A stretch of 64,000 bases of DNA from an uncultured Sphingobacteriales bacterium (GCA_964542585.1 CAZIUI010000015.1:1164-65163); one strand, 5' to 3'; positions 19,500 through 29,739 are shown, counted from the stretch's first letter. The notes: generated by a model not told the origin, from the sequence alone. Numbers and translations: made by a program.

Positions 19500-21551
19500 T
19501 TACCTTACCATGAGCTTTTGTGCGGCTTGTACCTGCCCATGTTGATCCTGAAGTTTTAAAATATAAGCCCCTGATGGCCATTGACTTATATTAAGCTGTA
19601 TCGTTTGGTTACCATTATCACCGTTGATAACCTTCTGGTCCTTTACCTGACCATTCAAATTGCTAATGGTCAAGGTAACCTGTTCGGCTTCTATTGCTGA
19701 AACTTCAACGTTAACCTGGGAGGTAGCCGGATTGGGATAAACCTTCGCCTTAGTGTCAGGTGCATCATTCTTGATCCCAGTTGTTTGCTCTTCTACCTTA
19801 ATTTGAGGACCATTAACCCTGAACTCCACTTCCTTCTTAGTATCCTGCGTACTTAAAGTCACTTCTTTGGCTTCGGCTTTATAACCGGGTAGATCTACTC
19901 GAACGTAATAAGTCGAGAGGGCTAAACTTGAAAATTGATAATTGCCTCGCTGGTTAGTGGTTGTGCGAGCAACTGGTTCACGGTCCTCATTTAATAGGAG
20001 AACAGGCATGTTCTGTAGAGCTCCGCCGGCAGGCTGCTTTTTATTGGTACAATTAGCTTTACTACCGCCTGTAAAACCGGTAATCTTACCAGAACCATTG
20101 CTGTTAGAGGACTTTAGCAAGGTGATGTCATTGCCGTAGTTGGTGTTACCAAGGCCGTTCATAATGATGGAATCGGCATTGCTCCACTTACTGGCTTTCT
20201 TGTGGTAGGTGGCTACATAGCTGCTACTAAGGTTAGAGTCCCTGCTGGGATCAGCTTTTACATAGAATTTACCCGCTGGCAATTCGTCAAAACGATACCT
20301 ACCCGAATCCCTGACGTATAAGGTCGTATATGATCGAATTTTATTATAAACGCCTTTGCAGGAATCGTAGTGGTATAGTTCAGTTAGGATGCTATCAGTC
20401 CTGTTATGCTGCCCCTTTTGCAGATCAACCTGACCACTTAAGAAGTTATCATTCCCGATAATGACCTGTCTTGTGTTGGTATCTTTACAATTCGGGCCTT
20501 CTTTTACGATTAGCCTTACATCGAAAGTATCCTTTTTGTTATACGTATGTTTGACCTGCTTACCGGCAGCCGTATTACCATCCCCAAAGTTCCAGGAATA
20601 ACTTTTTTGGTTAGGGAATCCATTAAAAGTTCGCTTATAGCCATTTCCACGAATGGAAAACCTGGGGTTAGCATCACATGGTTTTGTTTGATTAACACTG
20701 ATTTGCTTCTGGGTAGTGGCTACACATCCTGCGCTGCTATTGCGGACTACTTTCAGGGTTACGTTATAATTCCCCTTACTGGCGTATTTGTGACTAGTAC
20801 TAGCGCCATATCCTTTTGATCCATCTCCAAATTTCCAGATAAAAGAATCGGCAGCAAGCGTTCCAGCAGTAAAGGTTACATCCAAATAATTAATTGAATG
20901 CCTGAAACTGGTAGTAGTGTCGCAGGAAATGTTTACCTGTTGTTGAGTGGTGGCTACACAGCGGGGATTTCTGTTCCGGATGACCTTTAGCGTTACTGAA
21001 TAACTACCACTACTACTGTAAGTATGGTTTGGATTATTACCACTGCCTTTGGAGCCATCCCCAAAATCCCAAATGATGCTGTCAGCTGAGGAATTAAAAC
21101 TGCTGAAATTCACTGATTGCCCCTGAACATTATAGTTAAAATTAGCGCTGGAATCGCAATCCAGTGTTATTTGCTGGCATGTTGAATCCCTGCAGCTACC
21201 ATCTTTTACAACATGGCAAACTTGGTAAGTACCATAGCTACTGTAGTCGTGTGTGGCTATGATAAGGCTAGTACCGGTATCTGTTTGGCTATTACCGTAA
21301 TACCATTTGTTGAAATTTCCGCGGCTGTTGCTGTCAATAAACAAGGCTTCCGTACTACTTCCGATTTGGCTTCCGGAAAAATCAGCATCACAATTCTGGG
21401 CTTGCGTCTGATGTCCGGTAATTCCACTAATTGATAACAGGACCCCAATGAGTAAACTTAATCTCACAGGAACCAAAGATTTAATACATCGTTTAGGGGT
21501 AATAAATCTTACTTTTCCAATTGCTTTTGATAAGAGATTTTTTGTGTTCAT
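19500..21551 (-). CDS. Secreted multi-PKD-repeat protein with CarbopepD_reg-like region and T9SS type-A CTD
   Basis: Probable start at Met of MNTKNLL... (signal peptide LLIGVLLSISGITGHQTQAQ). The ORF track extends it to 21602. Several PKD-type repeats (IIWDFGDGSKGSGNNPNHTY, FIWKFGDGSKGYGASTSHKY, YSWNFGDGNTAAGKQVKHTY). C-terminus KVYPNPATSQVNVEV...LTISNLNGQ...SGAYILKLQD is a T9SS CTD. Confidence 0.75.
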   Translation of the reverse strand: MNTKNLLSKAIGKVRFITPKRCIKSLVPVRLSLLIGVLLSISGITGHQTQAQNCDADFSGSQIGSSTEALFIDSNSRGNFNKWYYGNSQTDTGTSLIIATHDYSSYGTYQVCHVVKDGSCRDSTCQQITLDCDSSANFNYNVQGQSVNFSSFNSSADSIIWDFGDGSKGSGNNPNHTYSSSGSYSVTLKVIRNRNPRCVATTQQQVNISCDTTTSFRHSINYLDVTFTAGTLAADSFIWKFGDGSKGYGASTSHKYASKGNYNVTLKVVRNSSAGCVATTQKQISVNQTKPCDANPRFSIRGNGYKRTFNGFPNQKSYSWNFGDGNTAAGKQVKHTYNKKDTFDVRLIVKEGPNCKDTNTRQVIIGNDNFLSGQVDLQKGQHNRTDSILTELYHYDSCKGVYNKIRSYTTLYVRDSGRYRFDELPAGKFYVKADPSRDSNLSSSYVATYHKKASKWSNADSIIMNGLGNTNYGNDITLLKSSNSNGSGKITGFTGGSKANCTNKKQPAGGALQNMPVLLLNEDREPVARTTTNQRGNYQFSSLALSTYYVRVDLPGYKAEAKEVTLSTQDTKKEVEFRVNGPQIKVEEQTTGIKNDAPDTKAKVYPNPATSQVNVEVSAIEAEQVTLTISNLNGQVKDQKVINGDNGNQTIQLNISQWPSGAYILKLQDQHGQVQAAQKLMVR

Positions 21552-21923
21552 AGAATTTCTTTTTGGAGGATGTATAAAGCGTACTATCATGAAATTCCCC
21601 AATTTCTTACGCTTTATACATCCTTTTTTTATTTAAACAATCTAATTCAACCTAGGCATCTTGATAACCGGGCCCGGTTGTTAATGCCTTTTCACCATCA
21701 TTTACGAAGCAATAAAGGGGGAGGTTGGGTAGCAGGGATTTTTTTTGCTTTTAGCAAATACAAAACCCCCAATTCAGCCAACTGATTGAATGGAAATCGC
21801 AGTTATAGCGCTTTTTACCAATTTTAACGGAGCCGCTTCAACACGTTTTACTAGCGTTAAATCTTTACAAGCCCCTTAAAAGCTTTCAAAGCTTAGGCAG
21901 TGTTATGCCTGTGATGGAATCAA

Positions 21924-23189
21924 TTAATGCTTCACAAAGCGCTTTGTATTCACTTTTCCATTAGCATCTTGAAGTCTGATGCTGTAGATGCCTGGTTTAA
22001 GATCATTGGTATTTAACCTTAGTTGACCACGCCTATCTTCAATGGAAAGTTGTCTTACGGTCTGCCCGGTAGAAGAAATGACAGAAAGGCTGTTGATTTG
22101 TGTTTCACCTGAGAATTCGATAGTTAATTGCTTCCTAACAGGATTTGGATAAATGCTGATGGCAGAGCCGGGTGCCTTAAGCTGTTGTGAACTAGTATTC
22201 ATCATCTTCCCAAGTAATGAGTCAGCCACCCGGGCATCCGGAACCCCGTGTCCTATCAAGGTGTCAGGATTTTGAGCTTGCGTACTGCTTTGGCGAATGC
22301 TTCTCATCAGTTGAGCATTGGTAGCCTTCGGGTACTTTTCTTGTAAGCACGCCACTAAACCTGTTACAAGAGGGGAGGCATAAGAGGTACCGGCATATGT
22401 ATTGAACTCATAAAATCCAATATCAAAATACCCTGCAACATTCTGAGCTGGTGCTGCTACATCAGGCTTTAGACGCCCATCAACAGTAGGGCCTACGGAA
22501 GAGCTATCATCATATTGCTTTTTCAAACCCGTACCGCCAACACACAGCACACTATCTGCAACACAAGGGACTTTGACTTTGGCATTGTTGCCTGCAATGG
22601 TAACAATCACCATCCCACTATCTGCCCAGCGATCTGCTGCTTGGGAAGAAAGTGCCGTTTCACCATCCCTGTCTTGGTAGTCATAGTCTTCAAAACCAGG
22701 ATCAAAATCATAATAGCTTAAGGAAGCTTGGATGATATCAGCCCCTGAGTTGTAAGCCCATTTAAAAGCGCTGACTAAGTTCCGCTCATCCTGTTTTGGC
22801 TCACTATCAATGTTATCTGTGGCTGCTAAAAGGTAATTGGCATCCGGGGCTACCCCTATGAAACGACCACTGTCTACTGCCGCCATCTGTGACAAAACAA
22901 AGGTTCCATGGCTACTATATTGGTATACATTGCTGCTAGTGTCAGTGAGGTAATTTCTTGTAGCCTGAAGCTGGTCTGGCTGCAAGTGGCTAAAAACATC
23001 AAGGGATTTTACCCCCTTGAAACCTGCGTCAGGAACAGCTATGGTTACACCCTCACCAGTGTACCCTTGCTTATGCAAATGCTCAATGTGAAGGGCTTTG
23101 TTCTGATCTGCTGCTTCTCCGTATTCAAAGCCTTGACTAAGGACAGACAAAGGCAATAGTCCTAATATTGCTATAATCATAACTCTCAT
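21924..23189 (-). CDS. Secreted subtilisin-like serine peptidase (S8 family) with T9SS type-A CTD
   Basis: Catalytic triad contexts VTIAVPDAGF (Asp), HGTFVLSQMA (His), GTSYASPLVTG (Ser). Signal peptide. C-terminus ISIYPNPVRKQLTIEF...GIYSIRLQDANGKVNTKRFVK is a T9SS CTD. Confidence 0.85.
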   Translation of the reverse strand: MRVMIIAILGLLPLSVLSQGFEYGEAADQNKALHIEHLHKQGYTGEGVTIAVPDAGFKGVKSLDVFSHLQPDQLQATRNYLTDTSSNVYQYSSHGTFVLSQMAAVDSGRFIGVAPDANYLLAATDNIDSEPKQDERNLVSAFKWAYNSGADIIQASLSYYDFDPGFEDYDYQDRDGETALSSQAADRWADSGMVIVTIAGNNAKVKVPCVADSVLCVGGTGLKKQYDDSSSVGPTVDGRLKPDVAAPAQNVAGYFDIGFYEFNTYAGTSYASPLVTGLVACLQEKYPKATNAQLMRSIRQSSTQAQNPDTLIGHGVPDARVADSLLGKMMNTSSQQLKAPGSAISIYPNPVRKQLTIEFSGETQINSLSVISSTGQTVRQLSIEDRRGQLRLNTNDLKPGIYSIRLQDANGKVNTKRFVKH

Positions 23190-23363
23190 GAATAGGAAGA
23201 AGGTTAAAATTGGTCCAGCAAAAAAAATTAATTATTGAGACAATGCAGTAGGTATAACAAGTTAAGGGAGTAAAAAACGACCTTTTTTAGCTAATATTAT
23301 ACCCGACAATTGCCACGCTGCTAACCAAACGAGGGTAAATGGGCTTTTTTCCTTAAAAGAACA

Positions 23364-23936
23364 TTACTGATCATACACCCAAAACCCAGCCGCATCCGGC
23401 ATATCTGCTACAAAGGCATTGGCATCTTCCTGCAAGAGCTGGCGCGCCATAAGGAAGTCTCCAATAGCCCCTACCGTCAAAAACCATCCAAAAAGCAGTA
23501 AAGTGAAAGAGCCATTGACTAAGCTAACAATGGCAGGTCCCAACCCCAGCACTACGCCCGGTGCTAATACGGCCTTCAGGTAGTGGCTCACTGGCATAGC
23601 TTCGGTGCAATGGCAATAGGGCGCTAAAGCCTTCCAGAAGAATCCGAACTGAATGCTGTCCCAACCGCTTTTGGCGTATTGCGCCCATACCAAGCCGTGT
23701 ATCAGCTCATGGATAACAATGCCGAAAACCATAAGCAGCACCACTTCCATAGAGCCCCAGAAGAAGGCTGAGTGGCTAACCTCCTTCAGTTGCTCGACAA
23801 GCTGCCCATTCAATAACGTGTCGCCCCACAGGGCCCAATAGGGTAAGCCATAAATCGGGATTAGCACGATCAGTAATCCAATGCTCCAGAGATTGGCTTT
23901 GGTGAGATCGATCTTTCGGGCTCTAGGTTGGCTCAT
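23364..23936 (-). CDS. Membrane protein with HExxH motif (DUF3267-like putative zincin metallopeptidase)
   Basis: 190 aa with 4-5 TM helices and HELIHGLVW in a predicted helix. The family call rests on memory of DUF3267 architecture. Confidence 0.45.
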   Translation of the reverse strand: MSQPRARKIDLTKANLWSIGLLIVLIPIYGLPYWALWGDTLLNGQLVEQLKEVSHSAFFWGSMEVVLLMVFGIVIHELIHGLVWAQYAKSGWDSIQFGFFWKALAPYCHCTEAMPVSHYLKAVLAPGVVLGLGPAIVSLVNGSFTLLLFGWFLTVGAIGDFLMARQLLQEDANAFVADMPDAAGFWVYDQ

Positions 23937-24120
23937 GGTTGCCGCTAATTATCGGTATAAACTTTTAAGGTTTATTCTATTATTTGTTGAAAATTAACAA
24001 GTTGTATGATCCCCTACAAGTAGCAAGGGCCTGTAAGGAGCTCTATATTCATTCAGATATTACGGGGGATGCTATCTTTCCGGTACCTTTGCAGGAAGTT
24101 TTTGTGAAAATTGCTTTTGC

Positions 24121-24873
24121 TTGCACAATAAACAATGGGCTTTCATCATTTCGACCGGCCGGACAGGCACCGATTTTTTCACTAAACTTTTCAATAGTGA
24201 TGCAGTCCCGGATGCATGGAGCCTGCACGAGCCCCGCCCAGCTTTTAGGGCCCGCAGTTACCAACTGATAGGCCGGCGGCACAGCCTTTTTGAGCGGTTT
24301 TACTTTCAATGGCCACGCCAGCGCTGGCATAAGCGCAAGTCCCAAAGCTGGTATGTCGAGACCAACTACCATCTTTTTGCGGCTATCCCTTTAATACGCG
24401 AAGCATTTCCAAATGCATGGATTATTCACGTAATAAGGGATGGGAGGGAAGTGGTTACCTCTTGGTTGAACAAATACCGTTACATCACCAACAACCACAT
24501 CACGCCCTTTCAATTACCGGATGATCGGGCACAGGATCACTGGCACGCCTGGAATCCGGTTCAAAAATTAAGCTGGTATTGGAAAACCGTGAACGAGCTC
24601 GTTGCTGATCAGCAACCGGACATCTGGCTGCATTTTGAGGAACTTTTCCGCCCTCCCTACAGGGACCTCTTTCGCATGCTGGAAGCTTTACCCATTGGGT
24701 CCTACAATGATGCCACCATAGAAGGTATGGTGAAGCAAAAGGTAAACCGTGCTCCCTCGCGGTTTTTCCCGCCTTATGAGCAATGGCCCCGTCAATGGCA
24801 GGAAGAATTCCTTGAAATTGCCGGCCCGGCTATGGAGCGGTTTGGATATACCATCCCCGATTCCCTCACCTAA
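24121..24873 (+). CDS. Sulfotransferase-family protein (P-loop 5'-PSB-like motif)
   Basis: N-terminal FIISTGRTGTDFFTKLF resembles the sulfotransferase PAPS-binding loop (xRSGTT). About 250 aa. Trp/Arg-rich C-terminal half is typical of Sulfotransfer_3. Confidence 0.5.
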   Translation: MHNKQWAFIISTGRTGTDFFTKLFNSDAVPDAWSLHEPRPAFRARSYQLIGRRHSLFERFYFQWPRQRWHKRKSQSWYVETNYHLFAAIPLIREAFPNAWIIHVIRDGREVVTSWLNKYRYITNNHITPFQLPDDRAQDHWHAWNPVQKLSWYWKTVNELVADQQPDIWLHFEELFRPPYRDLFRMLEALPIGSYNDATIEGMVKQKVNRAPSRFFPPYEQWPRQWQEEFLEIAGPAMERFGYTIPDSLT

Positions 24874-25543
24874 GCATTTGTAGTAACCGCGCCTGGGAAT
24901 AGCCCAGATGGTAGAGCAAGTAGACTTTGAGATAACTCCATTGTTGTTTAAAAACGCCATTTTGGCGATACCTGCGAGCAGAAGCTGTGACCCAATCCGG
25001 AATAACCCTGAATGGCACCATTGATTTAAGGGTTTTTACCATTTCCTGGTCTTCCATTAAACAGAGGCTTTCATCAAAGCCTCCGGTTTGCCGGAAACTG
25101 TATGCCTCTACAAACAAACTTTGATCCCCAAACTGGAAAGCGGTGGCCCTAAACCTTGTAAACCAGGCTGATAACTTCAGGAACCAATGGTTCCAGTCAA
25201 AAACTAATCGGAAACTACCGGCCTTGTATCCGTCTTTTACAGCTTCCCGAATGGCCAGGTCAAAGGCCAAAGGGGGGATGACATCTGCATGTAAGAAATA
25301 TAAAATTGTTCCTGTCGCGTTTTTGGCACCTTGGTTTAATTGGATGGCTCTGTTAGCTTCATTGCATGAAATGACCTGTGCACCAAAGGAGTTTGCAATT
25401 GGCGCTATAGCATGTTTTTTACTAGCATCAGCAATGATGACTTCCATCTTTTTCGGCTGACTTGCCTTATCAGCCAATGCTGCCAGTAGTACTTGTAGGT
25501 TTTCAGTTTCGTAAAGGGCAGGGATCACAACACTTATCAGCAC
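24866..25543 (-). CDS. Glycosyltransferase family 2 protein
   Basis: N-terminal MLISVVIPALYETENLQVLLAAL (GT2 Rossmann start). DxD-like IIADASKK and HADV motifs. 225 aa. Convergent with the sulfotransferase, ends overlapping by 8 bp. Confidence 0.7.
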   Translation of the reverse strand: MLISVVIPALYETENLQVLLAALADKASQPKKMEVIIADASKKHAIAPIANSFGAQVISCNEANRAIQLNQGAKNATGTILYFLHADVIPPLAFDLAIREAVKDGYKAGSFRLVFDWNHWFLKLSAWFTRFRATAFQFGDQSLFVEAYSFRQTGGFDESLCLMEDQEMVKTLKSMVPFRVIPDWVTASARRYRQNGVFKQQWSYLKVYLLYHLGYSQARLLQMLR

Positions 25544-25649
25544 GGCATGGGCTTGGAGTTCTCACCGCCAAAATTAAGGGTTAATAGCAAGGCCTAACTT
25601 TTCAATTATCCGTCCTTTATCTTTGTCCTACCTTGAAAAAACGGTAACC

Positions 25650-26693
25650 ATGGTAGTTAACGAGTCGGACCATCGGTTTTGGATGAGACGCTGTTTGAAT
25701 TTAGCCGCTCAAGGTCAGGGCCATGTTAGCCCAAATCCCATGGTGGGGGCCGTATTGGTACACCGGGGTAGAATCCTTGCCGAAGGATACCATGTGGCGT
25801 TTGGCGGCCCTCACGCTGAAGTCCAGGCGATGGGCAGGGTCTCCGACCCGGATTTGTTAGCTGCCAGCACACTTTATGTGAACTTAGAGCCCTGCAACCA
25901 TCACGGCAAAACGCCTCCTTGTACAGACCGTATCCTCGAATATGGCATCCCGGAAGTGGTTATTGGCAGTTTAGATCCGAACCCAGCGGTAGCCGGAACT
26001 GGGGTTGATCGCTTACAAAAAGCCGGTTTAAGGGTGACCAGTGGTGTGCTAGCGGCAGAAGATCACAGGTTAAATTACCGCTTCCACACTTTTCATGCTC
26101 AGCATATACCGTACGTAATGCTCAAATGGGCTGAGAGTGCTGACGGCTATCTATCTGACAATAAGGGCGCTTCAGGTTGGATAAGCAACGTTTACTCACG
26201 TGTTCTCGTCCATAAGTGGAGAGCACAGGAAGATACTATCATGGTGGGGAGTCAAACGGCTGTCGTAGATAATCCACAATTGAATGCCCGGTTTTGGAAA
26301 GGCAAAAACCCCTTAAGGATCCTGTTGGACCCTGATCGGATTGCTACAGGAAATACGCATTTGATCAATGACGGGCTCCCTACATGGGTCCTAAACGATC
26401 ATAAGAATGAGGTTTCAGGGAATGTGGAGTATTTCCAAGTCAGTTCAGAGGAGCATGAATGGCTACCTTTTTTGCTGAATACCCTTGCATATCGGGGTTA
26501 TCAGTCTTTGATGGTAGAAGGTGGTGGTATGTTGCTGGATACCTTTATTCGGCACGGGCAATGGCACGAAGCCAGGGTTTTTACAGGCAGTCGACATTTA
26601 GGTGGAGGTATCCCGGCCCCACAATTGCAGGGCAAAAAAACCAGGCAAGTGTTCATAGGCAATGACTTGCTTCAGTATTGGTGGAATACTTAA
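25650..26693 (+). CDS. ribD: Bifunctional riboflavin biosynthesis protein RibD (pyrimidine deaminase / reductase)
   Basis: Zinc-binding deaminase motifs HAEVQAMG and LEPCNHHGKTPPC. C-terminal RibD_C-like reductase region. Likely start at ATG 25650 (MVVNESDHRFWMRRCLNLA). The ORF-track start at 25623 is TTG. Confidence 0.85.
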   Translation: MVVNESDHRFWMRRCLNLAAQGQGHVSPNPMVGAVLVHRGRILAEGYHVAFGGPHAEVQAMGRVSDPDLLAASTLYVNLEPCNHHGKTPPCTDRILEYGIPEVVIGSLDPNPAVAGTGVDRLQKAGLRVTSGVLAAEDHRLNYRFHTFHAQHIPYVMLKWAESADGYLSDNKGASGWISNVYSRVLVHKWRAQEDTIMVGSQTAVVDNPQLNARFWKGKNPLRILLDPDRIATGNTHLINDGLPTWVLNDHKNEVSGNVEYFQVSSEEHEWLPFLLNTLAYRGYQSLMVEGGGMLLDTFIRHGQWHEARVFTGSRHLGGGIPAPQLQGKKTRQVFIGNDLLQYWWNT

Positions 26694-26712
26694 ATAAAAA
26701 TTTAGAATTAAT

Positions 26713-27798
26713 ATGCACTACCGTTTAATGATGCTCTTGTTTACTTTAATAAGTGGTGCTTGGCTTCCAGCAGGCGCTCAATTGATAACTTTTGAAAAAC
26801 AGAAACATGATTTTGGCCGGTTTTCGCCGGATAAGACCCAACTCACCCATTCCTTTTCCTTTACCAATGAAGGGAATAGCGCTGTTAAACTAAAGGATGT
26901 AAAGACATCCTGCGGGTGTACTACCCCTAAATGGCCTCGCAAGCCTATTGAACCCGGAGAAAAAGGGCATGTGAAAGTGGTTTATGATGCCACTACCAGT
27001 AAGGGGTATTTCCGGAAACAGGTGACGGTTGTTACTAGTAATTCAAGCGTTCATGAGCTTACCATTGAAGGGGAACCAGCCCCTAAAAAGACGGGTAACA
27101 GCGTTAAAGGCTACGAGGTGGAGCAGGGTAACCTTGCTTTCAAAAAAGGTTATGTGGAATTTGGCCATATTCCTTTAGGCGGTAAGGATACAGGTTATAT
27201 TACCATTTATAACACTGGCAGCAAGCCGTTGCGCTTAGTAAAGCTCCGAAGAACGAAATTGGTACAGGCGCCTGGATTACCTCGTATGGTTCAACCTCGC
27301 CAAAAAACCAAAGTCATGCTAACCTACACTTCAGTAAATAGAATGGCAGGCATTAACAAAAACCTGGGCCTAAAAAATGGCAAAGGGCTCTTATTGACCA
27401 ATGACCCAAAAAAACCTTACAAGGAATTTGGTTATAAAACTAGTATCTATCCACCTGTTAAGGAAAATGAAAAACCGAAGAATACTCCGACCGCTAAGCT
27501 TAATCAAAAGGTGATCCAATTGGGCACATTAGGGAGTAATAACATTATTTCCACAGGAGCCACCCTCATGAATAAGGGGGATGCGCCCCTGATCATTAAG
27601 GGTACAGACAGCGATGGTTGTGGCTGCGAAGCTCCGTTACCTGATAAAAATCGTTTAAAACCTGGAGAGCAAACTGCCCTTAGCGTTAAGATCAATACAA
27701 GCGCCTATTCAGGTCGTCTTAATAAGCAACTGGATATCTATACCAATGACCCCCAAAATCCCTATGTAACTTTAAAATTAAAGGGCTACGTTGAGTAA
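26713..27798 (+). CDS. Secreted DUF1573-domain protein (two CGC-motif Ig-like domains)
   Basis: Signal peptide. KDVKTSCGCTTPKWPRKPIEPGEKGHVKVVYD near the N-terminus and GTDSDGCGCEAPLPD...LKPGEQTALSVKIN near the C-terminus match the DUF1573 xxCGCT signature. Confidence 0.55.
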   Translation: MHYRLMMLLFTLISGAWLPAGAQLITFEKQKHDFGRFSPDKTQLTHSFSFTNEGNSAVKLKDVKTSCGCTTPKWPRKPIEPGEKGHVKVVYDATTSKGYFRKQVTVVTSNSSVHELTIEGEPAPKKTGNSVKGYEVEQGNLAFKKGYVEFGHIPLGGKDTGYITIYNTGSKPLRLVKLRRTKLVQAPGLPRMVQPRQKTKVMLTYTSVNRMAGINKNLGLKNGKGLLLTNDPKKPYKEFGYKTSIYPPVKENEKPKNTPTAKLNQKVIQLGTLGSNNIISTGATLMNKGDAPLIIKGTDSDGCGCEAPLPDKNRLKPGEQTALSVKINTSAYSGRLNKQLDIYTNDPQNPYVTLKLKGYVE

Positions 27799-28491
27799 TT
27801 AGAGCAAAAGGTCAGCTTGGTTAGCGACTAATGGGACGGGGTTTTCTTCCAAGTTTTGAGTGGGGTCGCAGTGATAACCGTATATTTCATAGGTGTTCTT
27901 GTAAGGCGCTAATTCTTTAAAATAGGTGTGCGAGCCATTGTTCGGATCAAAGGTGATATCGTGAAATACGCGATTATGAGCCTTGGCATGTTCCTCTAAA
28001 TATTCAAAAGTAGGATCAGCATCGCTAGTGTCACCGGAATAAAAAATCAGCTCATCTCCCTCGTAAAAGATGTAGCTGTAGGTTTGCATACGGGCTACGT
28101 GCTTGCCATACGTATTGACGGAATCCAGGTGACTGCGGTTCTGCATCGGGATGAAGGCAATATACTTCTCTGGTTTTTGAAGGGAAAAACTCAGGTAATT
28201 ATACAGGGCATCTTTGAAAGCTTTATCAGGATAAAGGATCTGCAACTGCTTGCCTTTTACAAAAAGGTGATGGTGAAGTATAAAGGTAGACAAACTCCCC
28301 ACGTGATCAGCATGAAAGTGAGTGATCAGTACATAATCAATAGGGTCAATCGTAGATTTCCTACGCAGGTTAGCGTATACATCTTGACCGCAGTCTATTA
28401 GGTAACGCTCACCATCCCTGTCAATTATGGCCGATGAGTTACCGTACTGATAGTCAAAAGCACCACCGGTGCCAATAAATTGGATGTCCAT
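27799..28491 (-). CDS. MBL-fold metallo-hydrolase
   Basis: LITHFHADHVGSL (HxHxDH zinc-binding motif). N-terminal GTGGAFD. 230 aa. Confidence 0.7.
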   Translation of the reverse strand: MDIQFIGTGGAFDYQYGNSSAIIDRDGERYLIDCGQDVYANLRRKSTIDPIDYVLITHFHADHVGSLSTFILHHHLFVKGKQLQILYPDKAFKDALYNYLSFSLQKPEKYIAFIPMQNRSHLDSVNTYGKHVARMQTYSYIFYEGDELIFYSGDTSDADPTFEYLEEHAKAHNRVFHDITFDPNNGSHTYFKELAPYKNTYEIYGYHCDPTQNLEENPVPLVANQADLLL

Positions 28492-28657
28492 GGCTAATAC
28501 CTTTTATAAAGGCAATTATACTAAATCCCCGATTTTCAGAAATGAATTTGTCCTTATCTTTGTGACAAGCCCAATCACGAACCAGAATAAGCCTTAGAAG
28601 CGTCATTTAAAACCTTGTTTTACGGCAATTTTGGATGCCATTTTAAAAAATCGAACA

Positions 28658-29677
28658 ATGCGCAATATTCCCCTAAAACTGTTGGCAGTAGCTTGTACGA
28701 TGGGTGCTTTAATTTCGCCATTAAAGGCTCAGAAAACAGAAACCATCAAGGAGGCGGCTAAGAAACTTCACGGTCACAAAAGAGATGTTTCAGCCCTAAC
28801 TGTAAGTCATGATGGTAAGCTGATGGTAACAGGATCCTGGCGTAACAATGCGATCCTTTGGAAGCTGGGCAATACCATTAAAAAGCAATGGCAATTTAAA
28901 GCACACCGTACTACGGTTGAAGGTGTGGACATTAGTCATGACAATAAATACATTGCTACTAGCTCTGGTGATGCGAATGCCTACATCTGGAGTATTAAGA
29001 AAGAAAAACGCATTCGCACGTTGGGAGGTCACCGTTCTACCATTAATGACATATCGTTCAATGATCACTTTGATGAAAACAAAGGGCGTTTTATAGCCAC
29101 TTCCACCAATAATGGAATTGTTCGGGTTTATGACAGGGAAAAAGACGGTAAGATTATCCGTAAGATTGAATTGGAAGACGGACGGTCAGCTAATTCTGTA
29201 ATATTTGATAAAGGCGGAAAATATGTGTTGGTAGGCGGTGGTAAAGGCAATATTTATGTTTACAACTTTCTCACAGGCAAGAAAGCTCGTGTTTTTAAAG
29301 GGCATGACGATGCTATAAGTAGTCTAGCACTTAGCCCCGATGGTTTACAAGTGGTGTCAGGCTCGAGTGATCAAACCGCTAAAATTTGGTCCTACGCCAA
29401 AGCAAAAGTCTTACATACGCTTAAAGGGCACTCTTGGCGGGTATTGGATGTTGCTTTTGGTCCTAAAGGTGAGTATGTGGTTACCGGGTCTAATGATAAA
29501 ACCGCTCGCTTATGGGAGGCTTCTTCTGGGAAACAAGTTCGTGTTTACAAACCCGATGGTCGGGATTACTTCCGGGCCGTAGGCATGAGTCCGGATCAAA
29601 AGTACGCTATTACAGGGTCAATAGTTCGTGAAGGAAAAAAGGATGCAGCAGTGCTATTCTGGCCCACAGGATTGTAA
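28658..29677 (+). CDS. Secreted WD40-repeat beta-propeller protein
   Basis: Signal peptide MRNIPLKLLAVACTMGALISPLKAQ. About seven WD-like repeats (GH..DV.AL..S.DG..MVTGSWRNNAILW; GHDDAISSLALSPDGLQVVSGSSDQTAKIW; GHSWRVLDVAF.P.GEYVVTGSNDKTARLW). Confidence 0.7.
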   Translation: MRNIPLKLLAVACTMGALISPLKAQKTETIKEAAKKLHGHKRDVSALTVSHDGKLMVTGSWRNNAILWKLGNTIKKQWQFKAHRTTVEGVDISHDNKYIATSSGDANAYIWSIKKEKRIRTLGGHRSTINDISFNDHFDENKGRFIATSTNNGIVRVYDREKDGKIIRKIELEDGRSANSVIFDKGGKYVLVGGGKGNIYVYNFLTGKKARVFKGHDDAISSLALSPDGLQVVSGSSDQTAKIWSYAKAKVLHTLKGHSWRVLDVAFGPKGEYVVTGSNDKTARLWEASSGKQVRVYKPDGRDYFRAVGMSPDQKYAITGSIVREGKKDAAVLFWPTGL

Positions 29678-29739
29678 GGCATTACAATTGCTTATTGATG
29701 AAGGATTGAATTTTTTAATCAAAAATTTTATTTCATGTT

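Noticed and set aside
21865-21890. Palindrome AAGCTTTCAAAGCTT downstream of the S8 peptidase stop
   Set aside because: It is AT-rich with an effective loop of 1 nt and no U tract on the relevant strand. It is unlikely to be an intrinsic terminator and looks like a HindIII-site coincidence.
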